A stretch of DNA of 64,000 bases, from contig JANQSZ010000022.1 of assembly GCA_028279045.1 (NCBI GenBank), forward strand, positions 16,388-80,387. The letters are read 5' to 3'. Below the pieces are notes generated by a model, which searched no databases, was not told the origin of the DNA, and saw only the letters and a program-made list of their open reading frames with translations. Below, one piece after another: positions 12,549 through 20,038 of this stretch. The position numbers and the translations under genes are program-made. The DNA comes from Candidatus Nanoarchaeia archaeon. GTDB lineage: Archaea; Nanobdellota; Nanobdellia; Woesearchaeales; UBA10216. Numbering within the stretch: position 1 is the stretch's first letter; each line of letters begins with the position of its first letter.

Positions 12549-13358
12549 ATGAAACAGAAGATCAGCATAACGGTTGAAGATGACCTGGTTGGGCAGCTAG
12601 ATGGACTGGTAGATCATGTTACTGTTCGAAACAGATCACAGGCTATTGAGCAGTTGATTCGGAAAGGGCTGGGAACAAAACGAACTGCTGTGATATTGGC
12701 TGGTGGGCCGGAAGCGAAAATTCAACTGCAAAATGGAGAATACCGGATAGCAGCGAAAATTGGGAAAGAGCGAGTTATTGAACGCGTGCTTCGAACGTTG
12801 CGGGAAAATAATTTTAGAGATGTCATTATTATTGCACGGCCAAAAGTGCTGACTGCTGTATTTGATATTGTCAAGGATGGAAGCGGGCAGGATGTAAAGG
12901 TAGTGTATATCGAGGAGAAAACATCGAAAGGGACTGCCGATACACTGCGACACGTGCAAGGAAAATTGCAGACGCGATTCTTGGTGGTGTATGGACATAT
13001 TCTTTTTGATCGGGTGAATATTGAAGAATTATGGCAGCAACATTTGAATGGAAATAGTGTTGCTACGCTGATGTTGACAACGACAAGTGAACCATCTGAA
13101 AAGGGAGCGGTGAAAATGGAAGGGAACCGGATTGTGGATTTTGTGCAGAAGCCGAAAGCGTCTGATAGTCACCTTGTGTTTTCTCCAATTTTTGTTGGCG
13201 AGCCGGAATTGTTGAATCGCAGCGGAACGAGTTTGGAGTATCATGTGTTTCCAAAACTCGCTGAGCAAGGATTGCTCGCAGGTCATTTGAGTTCTGAGAA
13301 GGAAGTGCATATTCACGATGCTAGCGACGTGAAAACTGCAGAGAGGGACATGTCCTAA
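12549..13358 (+). CDS. ribbon-helix-helix (CopG/NikR-like) domain fused to nucleotidyltransferase (MobA/GlmU-N-like) domain
   Basis: N-terminal MKQKISITVEDDLVGQLDGLV...RNRSQAIEQLIRKGL is a textbook RHH; followed by AVILAGGPEAK nucleotidyltransferase G-loop. Confidence 0.6.
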   Translation: MKQKISITVEDDLVGQLDGLVDHVTVRNRSQAIEQLIRKGLGTKRTAVILAGGPEAKIQLQNGEYRIAAKIGKERVIERVLRTLRENNFRDVIIIARPKVLTAVFDIVKDGSGQDVKVVYIEEKTSKGTADTLRHVQGKLQTRFLVVYGHILFDRVNIEELWQQHLNGNSVATLMLTTTSEPSEKGAVKMEGNRIVDFVQKPKASDSHLVFSPIFVGEPELLNRSGTSLEYHVFPKLAEQGLLAGHLSSEKEVHIHDASDVKTAERDMS

Positions 13359-13373
13359 GGACATGAGGACACG
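13345..13373. repeat. GGGACATGTCCT palindrome plus AAGGACATG and AGGACACG repeats (AAGGACA iteron family), just upstream of a TATA box
   Basis: Read directly: gagaGGGACATGTCCtAAGGACATGAGGACAcgatattttataag. Motifs overlap the last codons of the RHH-NTase gene and sit about -30 to -60 relative to the 13408 ORF. Confidence 0.55.
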
Positions 13374-13407
13374 ATATTTTATAAGTTGAGCTAGGTCTCT
13401 TTTTGGT

Positions 13408-13821
13408 ATGACTATGGATAAAGTTATTGCTGAACTGCTTCCGAGAACTGTTGAAAGTGAGGAAGAGCCATGGCAGGAAGCTGTGCGCGTTAAGGAAAAC
13501 AGAATTGAAGTTGACTACAATCTAAGAGGTTTTGCCACAGAAACCCTGTATAGACCTCATCTCAACAGAACTGTGGAGCGCATCCCTTGGCAAAATTCTT
13601 GGAATGTTCACATGGCACTCATGCTGTATGCAGAATCTCAAGGTGTTGAAGGAGAGGTTTGTTTTGAGGATACATCGAATGGGCTGGAGATTCATTTACC
13701 TGGTGCGATGATGGAACTGGATAGCACTAAAAGATACTTCAAGTTTGTCTATACGCCTGAACGCAGAGAGCTTGTAGAAGATTTCATTCAGTTAATGACA
13801 GGCGGCATAGAAATACAGTAG
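13408..13821 (+). CDS. hypothetical protein
   Basis: 137-aa ORF with TATA ttttataag about 25 nt upstream, preceded by the GGACATGTCC motif cluster. Confidence 0.4.
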   Translation: MTMDKVIAELLPRTVESEEEPWQEAVRVKENRIEVDYNLRGFATETLYRPHLNRTVERIPWQNSWNVHMALMLYAESQGVEGEVCFEDTSNGLEIHLPGAMMELDSTKRYFKFVYTPERRELVEDFIQLMTGGIEIQ

Positions 13822-13832
13822 CCTCAGTAAGC

Positions 13833-13840
13833 TTTATAAA
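13833..13840 (+). promoter_or_regulatory. TATA box for the 5S rRNA gene
   Basis: tttataaa located about 22-27 nt upstream of the predicted 5S 5' end. Confidence 0.5.
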
Positions 13841-13861
13841 GGGTCGATTGTTTCTTGCTTC

Positions 13862-13980
13862 TGACGAACGGTCATAGCCGTCTGGCTCTACCCGATCCCA
13901 TTTCGAACTCGGCCGTCAAGCGGACGCACGTTCACGTGAGTACTGCCGTCTGGCAGAAAAGCGAGTTCGCTGTTCGTCAC
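13862..13980 (+). rRNA. rrf: 5S ribosomal RNA (stand-alone gene)
   Basis: Terminal helix I: tgacgaacgg (13862-13871) pairs with ctgttcgtca (13970-13979). Internal blocks GGTCATAGCCG, CCCATTTCGAACTCGGCCGTCAAGC and AGTACTGCCGTCTGGCAG match 5S consensus loops. Followed by T-tract tttatttttc. Confidence 0.7.
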
Positions 13981-13990
13981 TTTATTTTTC
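13981..13990 (+). terminator. T-rich archaeal terminator after 5S rRNA
   Basis: tttatttttc immediately 3' of 5S helix I. Confidence 0.45.
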
Positions 13991-15007
13991 TACGTGAAAA
14001 TCTTTGTAATCTTCTAGATTTAGTCTATCGAAAGCTACAAGTGCTACTAGCCCTGGATAAAGCAATGCGCGGTCGAAAGGACTTCGATCTGGGTCATTCC
14101 TAACATTGCCTTTGTAGTTGTCCTTGATGAAGTCGCGAACACCTGCAGAATTGACAAAAGTTAATTCGTGATTTTCTCCAGCATCTTCTGGAGGGTTTAG
14201 GGTAAATCTTGACCTGATAGTATCCGCACTTATGGTTGGTGCAATAGAAAACAAGTATACAATTTCATTTGCAACTAACCTGTCTTCATATCTTGCTACA
14301 AGGCTAATAGATGATATTTCTTCTCGTTTAATTCCTGTTTCAGGTGTTAATTCAGAATCGATAAATTGGTCTGTTATTGATCCATCTCCGACGGGAAAGT
14401 TATCAGACATGGACAATGAACCAGCAACAATGTGATGTGTATTAGGATAACTTCTTCCAGCTCTGAGCGTGATAATTCTGTATGAATCAACTAGCATTTC
14501 ATCTGGAGCGACGACGATTCCGCCGACGGAAACTTTCTGAATTGGGCTTGGAATGCCTGCGCGGCTAAGCTGGGTTTCATAGCTATGTCCAGGACCAAGT
14601 GTCAAATGTAATGTATCATTAAGGATGTCGTAACCATGGTTTGTTTCGCCGAGAGTTTGCTCGTTTGCCCACCACGGCAAATTAATCAATTCATGGTGTT
14701 GCTCCCAATCTAGTTGGAGTTCTGCAAAAACTTCTCGAAACAAATCGTGATTCCAATAGAAATCTAAAACTGCTTGAGCTCGGCCTTCAGGAATATTAAA
14801 TTTGTCAAACTGCTCATCGAAATTTTGTTCATACCAGGCAGCTCCAACAGTAATTAGTTCATCGCCAAGGGCTGCTGCTTTGCTTGTATCAATAGCGCCG
14901 TCCACGCCTTCCCGCTCAGGCTCGAATGAGTGGGTGATTGCCTCAGGATGCAAAGATCTGGGATAGCGAACAATGCGTTTATTGGAAAATAACTCGTCGA
15001 TAGACAT
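13982..15007 (-). CDS. hypothetical protein (possible degenerate Nudix-like C-terminal fold)
   Basis: 341-aa ORF. C-terminal half shows a VSVGGIVV ... HHIVAGSLS ... ELTPETGI pattern loosely like a Nudix fold but lacks the canonical Nudix-box glutamates. N-terminal domain unknown. Confidence 0.4.
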   Translation of the reverse strand: MSIDELFSNKRIVRYPRSLHPEAITHSFEPEREGVDGAIDTSKAAALGDELITVGAAWYEQNFDEQFDKFNIPEGRAQAVLDFYWNHDLFREVFAELQLDWEQHHELINLPWWANEQTLGETNHGYDILNDTLHLTLGPGHSYETQLSRAGIPSPIQKVSVGGIVVAPDEMLVDSYRIITLRAGRSYPNTHHIVAGSLSMSDNFPVGDGSITDQFIDSELTPETGIKREEISSISLVARYEDRLVANEIVYLFSIAPTISADTIRSRFTLNPPEDAGENHELTFVNSAGVRDFIKDNYKGNVRNDPDRSPFDRALLYPGLVALVAFDRLNLEDYKDFHVEK

Positions 15008-15103
15008 GGGAGAAGGCTAATCTACCCAATTTTATAAGAATTTGGGCGTACTCTCACTTTTTGGTCCGATAGGCTTATATAACCCTGGTGCCTAACTGGG
15101 ATT

Positions 15104-15610
15104 ATGTTTGTTCGCATCAAGAAAATCAAGGGAAAGCCCTATGCTTACGCTGTGGAGAACAGTTGGACACCAAAGGGAACGCGGCAGAAGGTGAGCAAGT
15201 ATCTTGGTAGGGTTACTCCGCTTGCAAGGGTTGACACCAAACCGTTTGCGCCAGATGAGGGTATCCCAGGGTTTGTGGATTCGAACGATTTTCCAGCGGT
15301 TGTGAAAGCGCTGACAGAGCACGAATTGAGCAACCATGAGCCCGGGGTTGAGGTAGATATCACGTCGAGAAAAGTTAGGCACCAAGGGAAAGATGCAGTG
15401 ATTCAGATGAACGAAGGATTTCTGAGCGCATTCACTTTAGGAGCGCTCCTCGACTATAAACCGGGGAAAGACAACACCGGGAAGACGTTGGCAGAGTTGA
15501 TTTTGGCTGCCGGATTGAAGCCAGAGTCAGAGATTTTTGTGTATTTGTATGAGAAATCACGACGTGAAACAGCCCAGAAAGAAGTTATCAAAGAAGATTT
15601 CTATTACTGA
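15104..15610 (+). CDS. hypothetical protein
   Basis: 168 aa with basic N-terminus MFVRIKKIKGKPYAYAVENSW; TATA cttatataacc upstream; no family recognised. Confidence 0.4.
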   Translation: MFVRIKKIKGKPYAYAVENSWTPKGTRQKVSKYLGRVTPLARVDTKPFAPDEGIPGFVDSNDFPAVVKALTEHELSNHEPGVEVDITSRKVRHQGKDAVIQMNEGFLSAFTLGALLDYKPGKDNTGKTLAELILAAGLKPESEIFVYLYEKSRRETAQKEVIKEDFYY

Positions 15611-16668
15611 AGTTTGAGCACGAGTTCTCCTTTACCTTCATCGACGTAATCAAACTCCTTGAAGTGCTTGAGTTTTTCCTTGACATAGGGCCAGCCTTTC
15701 TGCTTATGCTGAGCGATTATGGCCATCATCTCCTCGAGAACAGTGTAGTTGGTGTAGATCGTTTCTCCGGTTTTTGCAGATTCATCGATCTGCTGAACCA
15801 GGGAAGCGACCATTTGATCTTGCTGAGAGAGGATCATTTTGAGCTCGTCCCCCACGTCGTCAGGAGTCTCTGAAATCTGCTCGGAAAAGACCTCTGCTAG
15901 GGCATCGCTGAATGAGGATTTCTTTTCGCCTGGCTGGTTGAAAGGAGTGGCGTTTATTGGCCTTTCTTCCAGTTTAATCACGACGTGATCTCGCTCTGCC
16001 AAGAGTGTTTTGAGGGTTTGGAACAAAGTAGCGATATCGGTTTCGGTGAGCACTTTCATTTTTCGATCCTTGGAGATTTTGGAACGAGCGCAAAGTGCTT
16101 CTGCGTAATTTTTGCCTAGGCCGAGCTCTGCTGCCAGGAACTTCACCAAGGAGTCCATGGTGCTTTCTTGGACCAGTTTGGTGAAGGCTGGTTCGTCGAG
16201 AGACAGCGTGTTTATAGGAGCAGGAGGAGGGCTGTAGGGCTGGCCTGGCCGGAGGGAACGTGTCTTCCAATCGCGGCGCTCCAGCACTGTGATGATGGAG
16301 TCAGCATCAGCGAGTATGACATTTCCATGCCCAAAAAGCTCGAAAATCAGCTTAGAAGAGCTTGTTTTCTCGATTTCAAGGTTGAGTACTCGATCAAAAT
16401 TTCCTTGCGAAATGGAGCGTATTTTGCCGTTTTCGATGTGCTGGCGAAGCTTAAGGAGAAACGGTGTCGGATTGGGAAGAGAAGGTAATCTGATGGGGCT
16501 GAGAACGACGATACCGGGGAGAAAATGGAGAAAAATCTTGCCTTTAGCGTGGAGTTGGAGGGAGATGTGACGCTCATCATGCTGGAAAACTTTGTTGATT
16601 CTGGCACCGATGAGGTCTTGCCATTCTTCGACGAGCACAGCCAATTCGGGAGATGAGAGCGACTTCAT
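15604..16668 (-). CDS. NFACT/FbpA-family protein (archaeal Rqc2/NEMF homolog)
   Basis: MKSLSSPELAVLVEEWQDLIGARINKVFQ matches the NFACT-N start; ELFGHGNVILADADSIITVLERRDWKTRSLRPGQPY is typical FbpA/Rqc2. Start set at MKSL (16668) rather than the longest ORF (16800). Confidence 0.6.
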   Translation of the reverse strand: MKSLSSPELAVLVEEWQDLIGARINKVFQHDERHISLQLHAKGKIFLHFLPGIVVLSPIRLPSLPNPTPFLLKLRQHIENGKIRSISQGNFDRVLNLEIEKTSSSKLIFELFGHGNVILADADSIITVLERRDWKTRSLRPGQPYSPPPAPINTLSLDEPAFTKLVQESTMDSLVKFLAAELGLGKNYAEALCARSKISKDRKMKVLTETDIATLFQTLKTLLAERDHVVIKLEERPINATPFNQPGEKKSSFSDALAEVFSEQISETPDDVGDELKMILSQQDQMVASLVQQIDESAKTGETIYTNYTVLEEMMAIIAQHKQKGWPYVKEKLKHFKEFDYVDEGKGELVLKLQ

Positions 16669-16711
16669 AGCAGTTCTACGGATAAAGTTTTTAAATAAGC
16701 TTTTCGCTAGG

Positions 16712-17299
16712 ATGGGCATGAAGTTCTGGAGGTTAGGGGAACGCTGGAGAGAGCTCGACCAGTCGTTGGCATCATCGTTTACCAAGGTTCGTGGTGACAT
16801 AGCGGTGTCGTTTTCCTGGCTGAATTACCTGCGCGAGAAGGATAAAATCCATGATAGCAGGAACGAAAGGAACAGCTATTTCCTTGGAAAGATGTCTGCA
16901 GAGATAAGAGAATTGCAGCGCGAGATACAGATTCTGAAGGGACAAGTGGCGAAAGGACACGCAAGGACATTAGAAAGGACAAGTCAAGGACAAGTAAGGG
17001 ACGTGTCCCAGCCTAAGGTGATAGAAAAGAAGGACATTTCGCCACCAAAACCAACAACAATAGGGACAAGTGGGTTGCGTGCAAGCCAGTTGGAAGTCCT
17101 TAATGTTTTGTACGAATCGGACAGGCCGCTTGGATATAATGAGATTGCGCGCCGCCTGGGGAAGTCGGAGAAGAGTATTAGAAATATGATTTACGAATTG
17201 CGCGTTGCTGGTATTGGGGTGCTTGACAAACCCATTGGTTCGCGTGAAAAAGGATTCTATTTGGATGCTGAGACAAAGATAACTGTTTCTGGAAGATAA
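16712..17299 (+). CDS. winged-helix DNA-binding protein with internal K-D-rich repeat region
   Basis: C-terminal LEVLNVLYESDRPLGYNEIARRLGKSEKSIRNMIYELRVAGIGVLDKP is a clear wHTH. The central low-complexity segment is encoded by tandem AAGGACA DNA repeats. Start at ATG 16712, about 20 nt after tttttaaata. Confidence 0.5.
   Translation: MGMKFWRLGERWRELDQSLASSFTKVRGDIAVSFSWLNYLREKDKIHDSRNERNSYFLGKMSAEIRELQREIQILKGQVAKGHARTLERTSQGQVRDVSQPKVIEKKDISPPKPTTIGTSGLRASQLEVLNVLYESDRPLGYNEIARRLGKSEKSIRNMIYELRVAGIGVLDKPIGSREKGFYLDAETKITVSGR
16937..17038. repeat. intragenic AAGGACA / GGGACGTGTCCC repeat array (about 7 copies)
   Basis: aagggacaagtggcgaaaggacacgcaaggacattagaaaggacaagtcaaggacaagtaagggacgtgtccc...gaaggacattt read directly from sequence. 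Confidence 0.6.
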
Positions 17300-17304
17300 T
17301 GTGT

Positions 17305-17398
17305 ATTGTCCTTAAGGACATGTCCTCATGTCCCTACAATAAGGGACAAGTCGGGACATTTCAAGGACACGTTAAGGACATCTCAAGGACAAGTCAGA
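17305..17398. repeat. intergenic iteron array: about 8-9 AAGGACA units in both orientations, including the AAGGACATGTCCT palindrome
   Basis: tgtccttaaggacatgtcctcatgtccctacaataagggacaagtcgggacatttcaaggacacgttaaggacatctcaaggacaagtc. Same 11-mer GGACATGTCCT as at 13346. Confidence 0.6.
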
Positions 17399-17402
17399 AG
17401 AC

Positions 17403-17897
17403 TTATATGGCTCGTTTGATGCGCTTTAGAAGGCGTTCGAAGTCAGCCTTGGTTGCGCCTGTGGTATCGAATTCAATGACTTTATGGCCTGCTTCTCGGG
17501 CTTCATCGCCACATATGTCAAATATCTCTGCATCGAGGTTTTCCCTCACTTTTGCCTTTGAATAGCCTCTTTTCTCTAGGCGCCTTTTAAGGGGGGCTAA
17601 TTTGGTCCTGGTTACTATACAAAGTCTCACTTTTGCCTTTGGCAAGGCCTGTGAGAGGTGAGAATCCACTATAGAATCGCTGTTAAGTTCGCTTAACATA
17701 GCAGAAGTGAGCTTTTTGGTGTCGATTATGAGTGATTTGCGCTTCCGATCGTATCCAGACCTCACTTTTGCCCTGTTTTTGGGGTTTTCAAGGTATTTTG
17801 ACACACTAAAGTTCGCATAACCTAGTGAAAGTGAGAGTTTTTTAGCTAGGGTTGACTTGCCAGTTCCTGGTGTTCCAGTTACAATTATGAGGTTCAT
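17403..17897 (-). CDS. Fap7/AK6-type nucleotide kinase (putative adenylate kinase, COG1936)
   Basis: MNLIIVTGTPGTGKSTLAKKL P-loop; RLEKRGYSKAKVRENLDAEIFDICGDEA closely matches archaeal Fap7; 164 aa. Confidence 0.75.
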   Translation of the reverse strand: MNLIIVTGTPGTGKSTLAKKLSLSLGYANFSVSKYLENPKNRAKVRSGYDRKRKSLIIDTKKLTSAMLSELNSDSIVDSHLSQALPKAKVRLCIVTRTKLAPLKRRLEKRGYSKAKVRENLDAEIFDICGDEAREAGHKVIEFDTTGATKADFERLLKRIKRAI

Positions 17898-18020
17898 AGT
17901 GGAAAGTGACCTTTTTTGGCCTCTTTTTGGGTGTTTTTGGGTGCTTTAGAGTGAAAAGTGAGGGAAAACAAGTGAAAATACCCCCTTTTGTTAGGCACCA
18001 TAAAGCAAAGTGAGTTTAAG
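17898..18020. repeat. AAGTGAG-type short repeat cluster in divergent promoter region
   Basis: ggaaagtgacc, gagtgaaaagtgaggg, caagtgaaaata and caaagtgagttt lie within about 120 bp. Three exact GGCAAAAGTGAG copies occur on the minus strand inside the Fap7 coding region (17549, 17628, 17761), and agtgaaagtgagag at 17827. Confidence 0.5.
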
Positions 18021-18082
18021 CCCCTCAACCCCCTATTTTGAAGGCAGCTAACTATATAAACTATTAAAAGATTTGTATTGCT

Positions 18083-18658
18083 ATGGCAAATTCCTCGCCG
18101 GTAACTGTTATTTCTCTCGACGAGAAACGACTTCACAACGTAAATGATATTATTTTCTCCGACGAGACTCATCAGATTCTTTCACTTATAGAAAAGAAAG
18201 CACATACTGAAGTTCAAATAGAAGAAAAGTTATCTCTCGACGGGGCGACAGTCCATCAAATACTTGGAGGGCTGCTTACTGCAGGAGTTATTGAAGCGAA
18301 AAAACTCAAACGAGCAGGCGGTGTGATTCAGGCGTATCAGCTAAAGCGAAGTCCTGTTGTCGTTCTCCCGACGGTGAGACGCACTCTTTTCAGTAGGTTC
18401 AAACAGCTTATCCCAGTTATCACTGTAGTTGTGGTTGTTTCTGGGATACTGCAACTTGTGTATCAGCAGGGAACGAAAGCTGTGCTTGATGTCGTTGGCA
18501 TAGAAGCAGAAGATTCTGCTGTTACCGTCGCTGCCAACACTCCCACAGGGGAACTGAGCTTCCAAATAGCACCCTGGTTCTTGATCGGGGCAATCTTTGC
18601 GATACTGGTTTTTGTGGCATACGACTTTTGGAAAGAAAAGAATCTTGGGGCGAAATGA
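18083..18658 (+). CDS. membrane-anchored winged-helix transcription regulator (N-terminal HTH, C-terminal 2 TM helices)
   Basis: ETHQILSLIEKKAHTEVQIEEKLSLDGATVHQILGGLLTAGVIE is an ArsR/MarR-like HTH; hydrophobic stretches LIPVITVVVVVSGILQLV and WFLIGAIFAILVFVAY. TATA ctatataaac about 25 nt upstream. Confidence 0.55.
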   Translation: MANSSPVTVISLDEKRLHNVNDIIFSDETHQILSLIEKKAHTEVQIEEKLSLDGATVHQILGGLLTAGVIEAKKLKRAGGVIQAYQLKRSPVVVLPTVRRTLFSRFKQLIPVITVVVVVSGILQLVYQQGTKAVLDVVGIEAEDSAVTVAANTPTGELSFQIAPWFLIGAIFAILVFVAYDFWKEKNLGAK

Positions 18659-18945
18659 TAAAATACTTGGCAGTATTCCTCTTGATACTGGCAGGGTGCC
18701 AGCACGCTGTTGAAAGCGATCTTCCCGACAGCATGCTTATGTGCGATACGGATGCAGATTGTGCTGTAGGCGGGTGCTCAAACCAGCTCTGCGGGAATGC
18801 AGATGCTATCGAAGGAATCATTTCGACGTGTGAATACCGAGAAGAATACCAGTGCTTGGAGCTGAGCGCGTGTGGCTGTCATGCCGGACGATGCGGCTGG
18901 GAAGCAACAGATGATTTTAAAGCTTGCATGGAGCGATTTCGATGA
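18655..18945 (+). CDS. cysteine-rich secreted lipoprotein (lipobox LAGC)
   Basis: MIKYLAVFLLILAGC signal peptide with lipobox; mature roughly 77 aa with 11 Cys. ATG overlaps the stop of the upstream gene (ATGA). Confidence 0.45.
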   Translation: MIKYLAVFLLILAGCQHAVESDLPDSMLMCDTDADCAVGGCSNQLCGNADAIEGIISTCEYREEYQCLELSACGCHAGRCGWEATDDFKACMERFR

Positions 18946-19382
18946 CATGTGAATTATGTGGCAAACCAGGGGATACAAAGCGAGCTCTTGTAGAGGGCGT
19001 GGAGATGCTGCTCTGCAGTAACTGTGCTGGATACGGGAAAGCTATCAAGGTGCCGCCTGCTGCGCTCATGAAGGTACGGAAGCCTGTTCAACGCGTCGAA
19101 CCAGAATTGAGTGTTGTATCGAACTATTCCGTACTCATACGGCAGGCTCGGGAAAGCAAAGGAATGACGCAGAAAGAATTTGCCCAGCAGATGGCTGAAA
19201 AAGAGTCTGTAATCCAGCACCTGGAGAACGGGAAACTGGAACCGCCTTTGAAGCTCGCTAGGAAACTTGAACAGCGACTGAGTATTTCTCTTATCGAGGA
19301 AGTTAAGGCAGGAACAGTGCCGGAAGCGACCAAATCAGAAGGTTTTACTTTTGGCGATCTCATCAAGGTCAGAAAACGATGA
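18942..19382 (+). CDS. archaeal multiprotein bridging factor 1 (aMBF1; Zn ribbon + HTH_XRE)
   Basis: N-terminal CELCGK...CSNC zinc ribbon; GMTQKEFAQQMAEKESVIQHLENGK XRE-type HTH. ATGA overlap with the upstream gene. Confidence 0.7.
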   Translation: MTCELCGKPGDTKRALVEGVEMLLCSNCAGYGKAIKVPPAALMKVRKPVQRVEPELSVVSNYSVLIRQARESKGMTQKEFAQQMAEKESVIQHLENGKLEPPLKLARKLEQRLSISLIEEVKAGTVPEATKSEGFTFGDLIKVRKR

Positions 19383-20038
19383 CCTGGCGTGATGCAACTG
19401 TACTGATACCCACGCTGAATGAAGCGGAATCTATTGGAGATCTTCTTGAGTATATTGAGCAGCACTATCCGAGTCTAGATATTATTGTTATCGATGATCA
19501 TTCTGACGATGGAACGCAGAAAATCGTGAAAACACACAAAGGAGTTGTGCTGATAGAGCGGACTGGCGCGAGAGGATTGACAGCGAGTATTCTTGACGGG
19601 GCAAAGGAAGTAGCAACCCCTTTTTTTGTTGTCATTGATGGCGACTTTCAACACCCTCCAGAAAAAATAGGGGAACTTATTCTGGCACTGCGAGGAGGAG
19701 CTGACGTTGCGATTGGAACACGAACAAAAGTTGTGGGGCCTTGGCCGTTCTACAGAAAAATCATGTCGAAAATAGCTACAGTGCTTGCACGGAGAAAATT
19801 GAATCAACCTGTTAGTGACCCTCTTTCTGGATTCTTTGGGGTGCAGACGTCGTTATTCTTGGAAGCAAAATCAGAAAAGTTTGTGCCGGAAGGGTATAAA
19901 GTGCTCTTTGACTATTTGCGAGCAGCAGGCGAGCTAAATATACAAGAAATCGCGTACACTTTTGGAGAACGACGTCGAGGAAAATCAAAAATTGGCGCAC
20001 GTCATGTACGCGCATTTACACGTTCACTAGGAAGATAA
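19379..20038 (+). CDS. GT2 glycosyltransferase, dolichyl-phosphate mannose/glucose synthase-like
   Basis: VLIPTLNEAESIG, IVIDDHSDDGT and VIDGDFQHPP (DxD) motifs typical of DPM1/GtrB-like GT2. ATGA overlap with the MBF1 stop. Confidence 0.75.
   Translation: MTWRDATVLIPTLNEAESIGDLLEYIEQHYPSLDIIVIDDHSDDGTQKIVKTHKGVVLIERTGARGLTASILDGAKEVATPFFVVIDGDFQHPPEKIGELILALRGGADVAIGTRTKVVGPWPFYRKIMSKIATVLARRKLNQPVSDPLSGFFGVQTSLFLEAKSEKFVPEGYKVLFDYLRAAGELNIQEIAYTFGERRRGKSKIGARHVRAFTRSLGR

Noticed and set aside
13855-14103. 82-aa plus-strand ORF
   Set aside because: It overlaps the 5S rRNA and the convergent 13982-15007 gene; spurious.
16592-16711. Upstream 40 codons of the wHTH ORF and 44 upstream codons of the Rqc2 ORF
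   Set aside because: The two longest ORFs would overlap head-to-head by ~200 nt. Starts at 16712 (+) and 16668 (-) match the conserved NFACT-N start and leave a shared AT-rich TATA region.
17299-17565. 88-aa plus-strand ORF full of K-D repeats
   Set aside because: It is produced by reading the AAGGACA iteron array (AAG GAC = K D) in frame, and it runs antisense through the well-supported Fap7 gene; a repeat artefact, not a gene.
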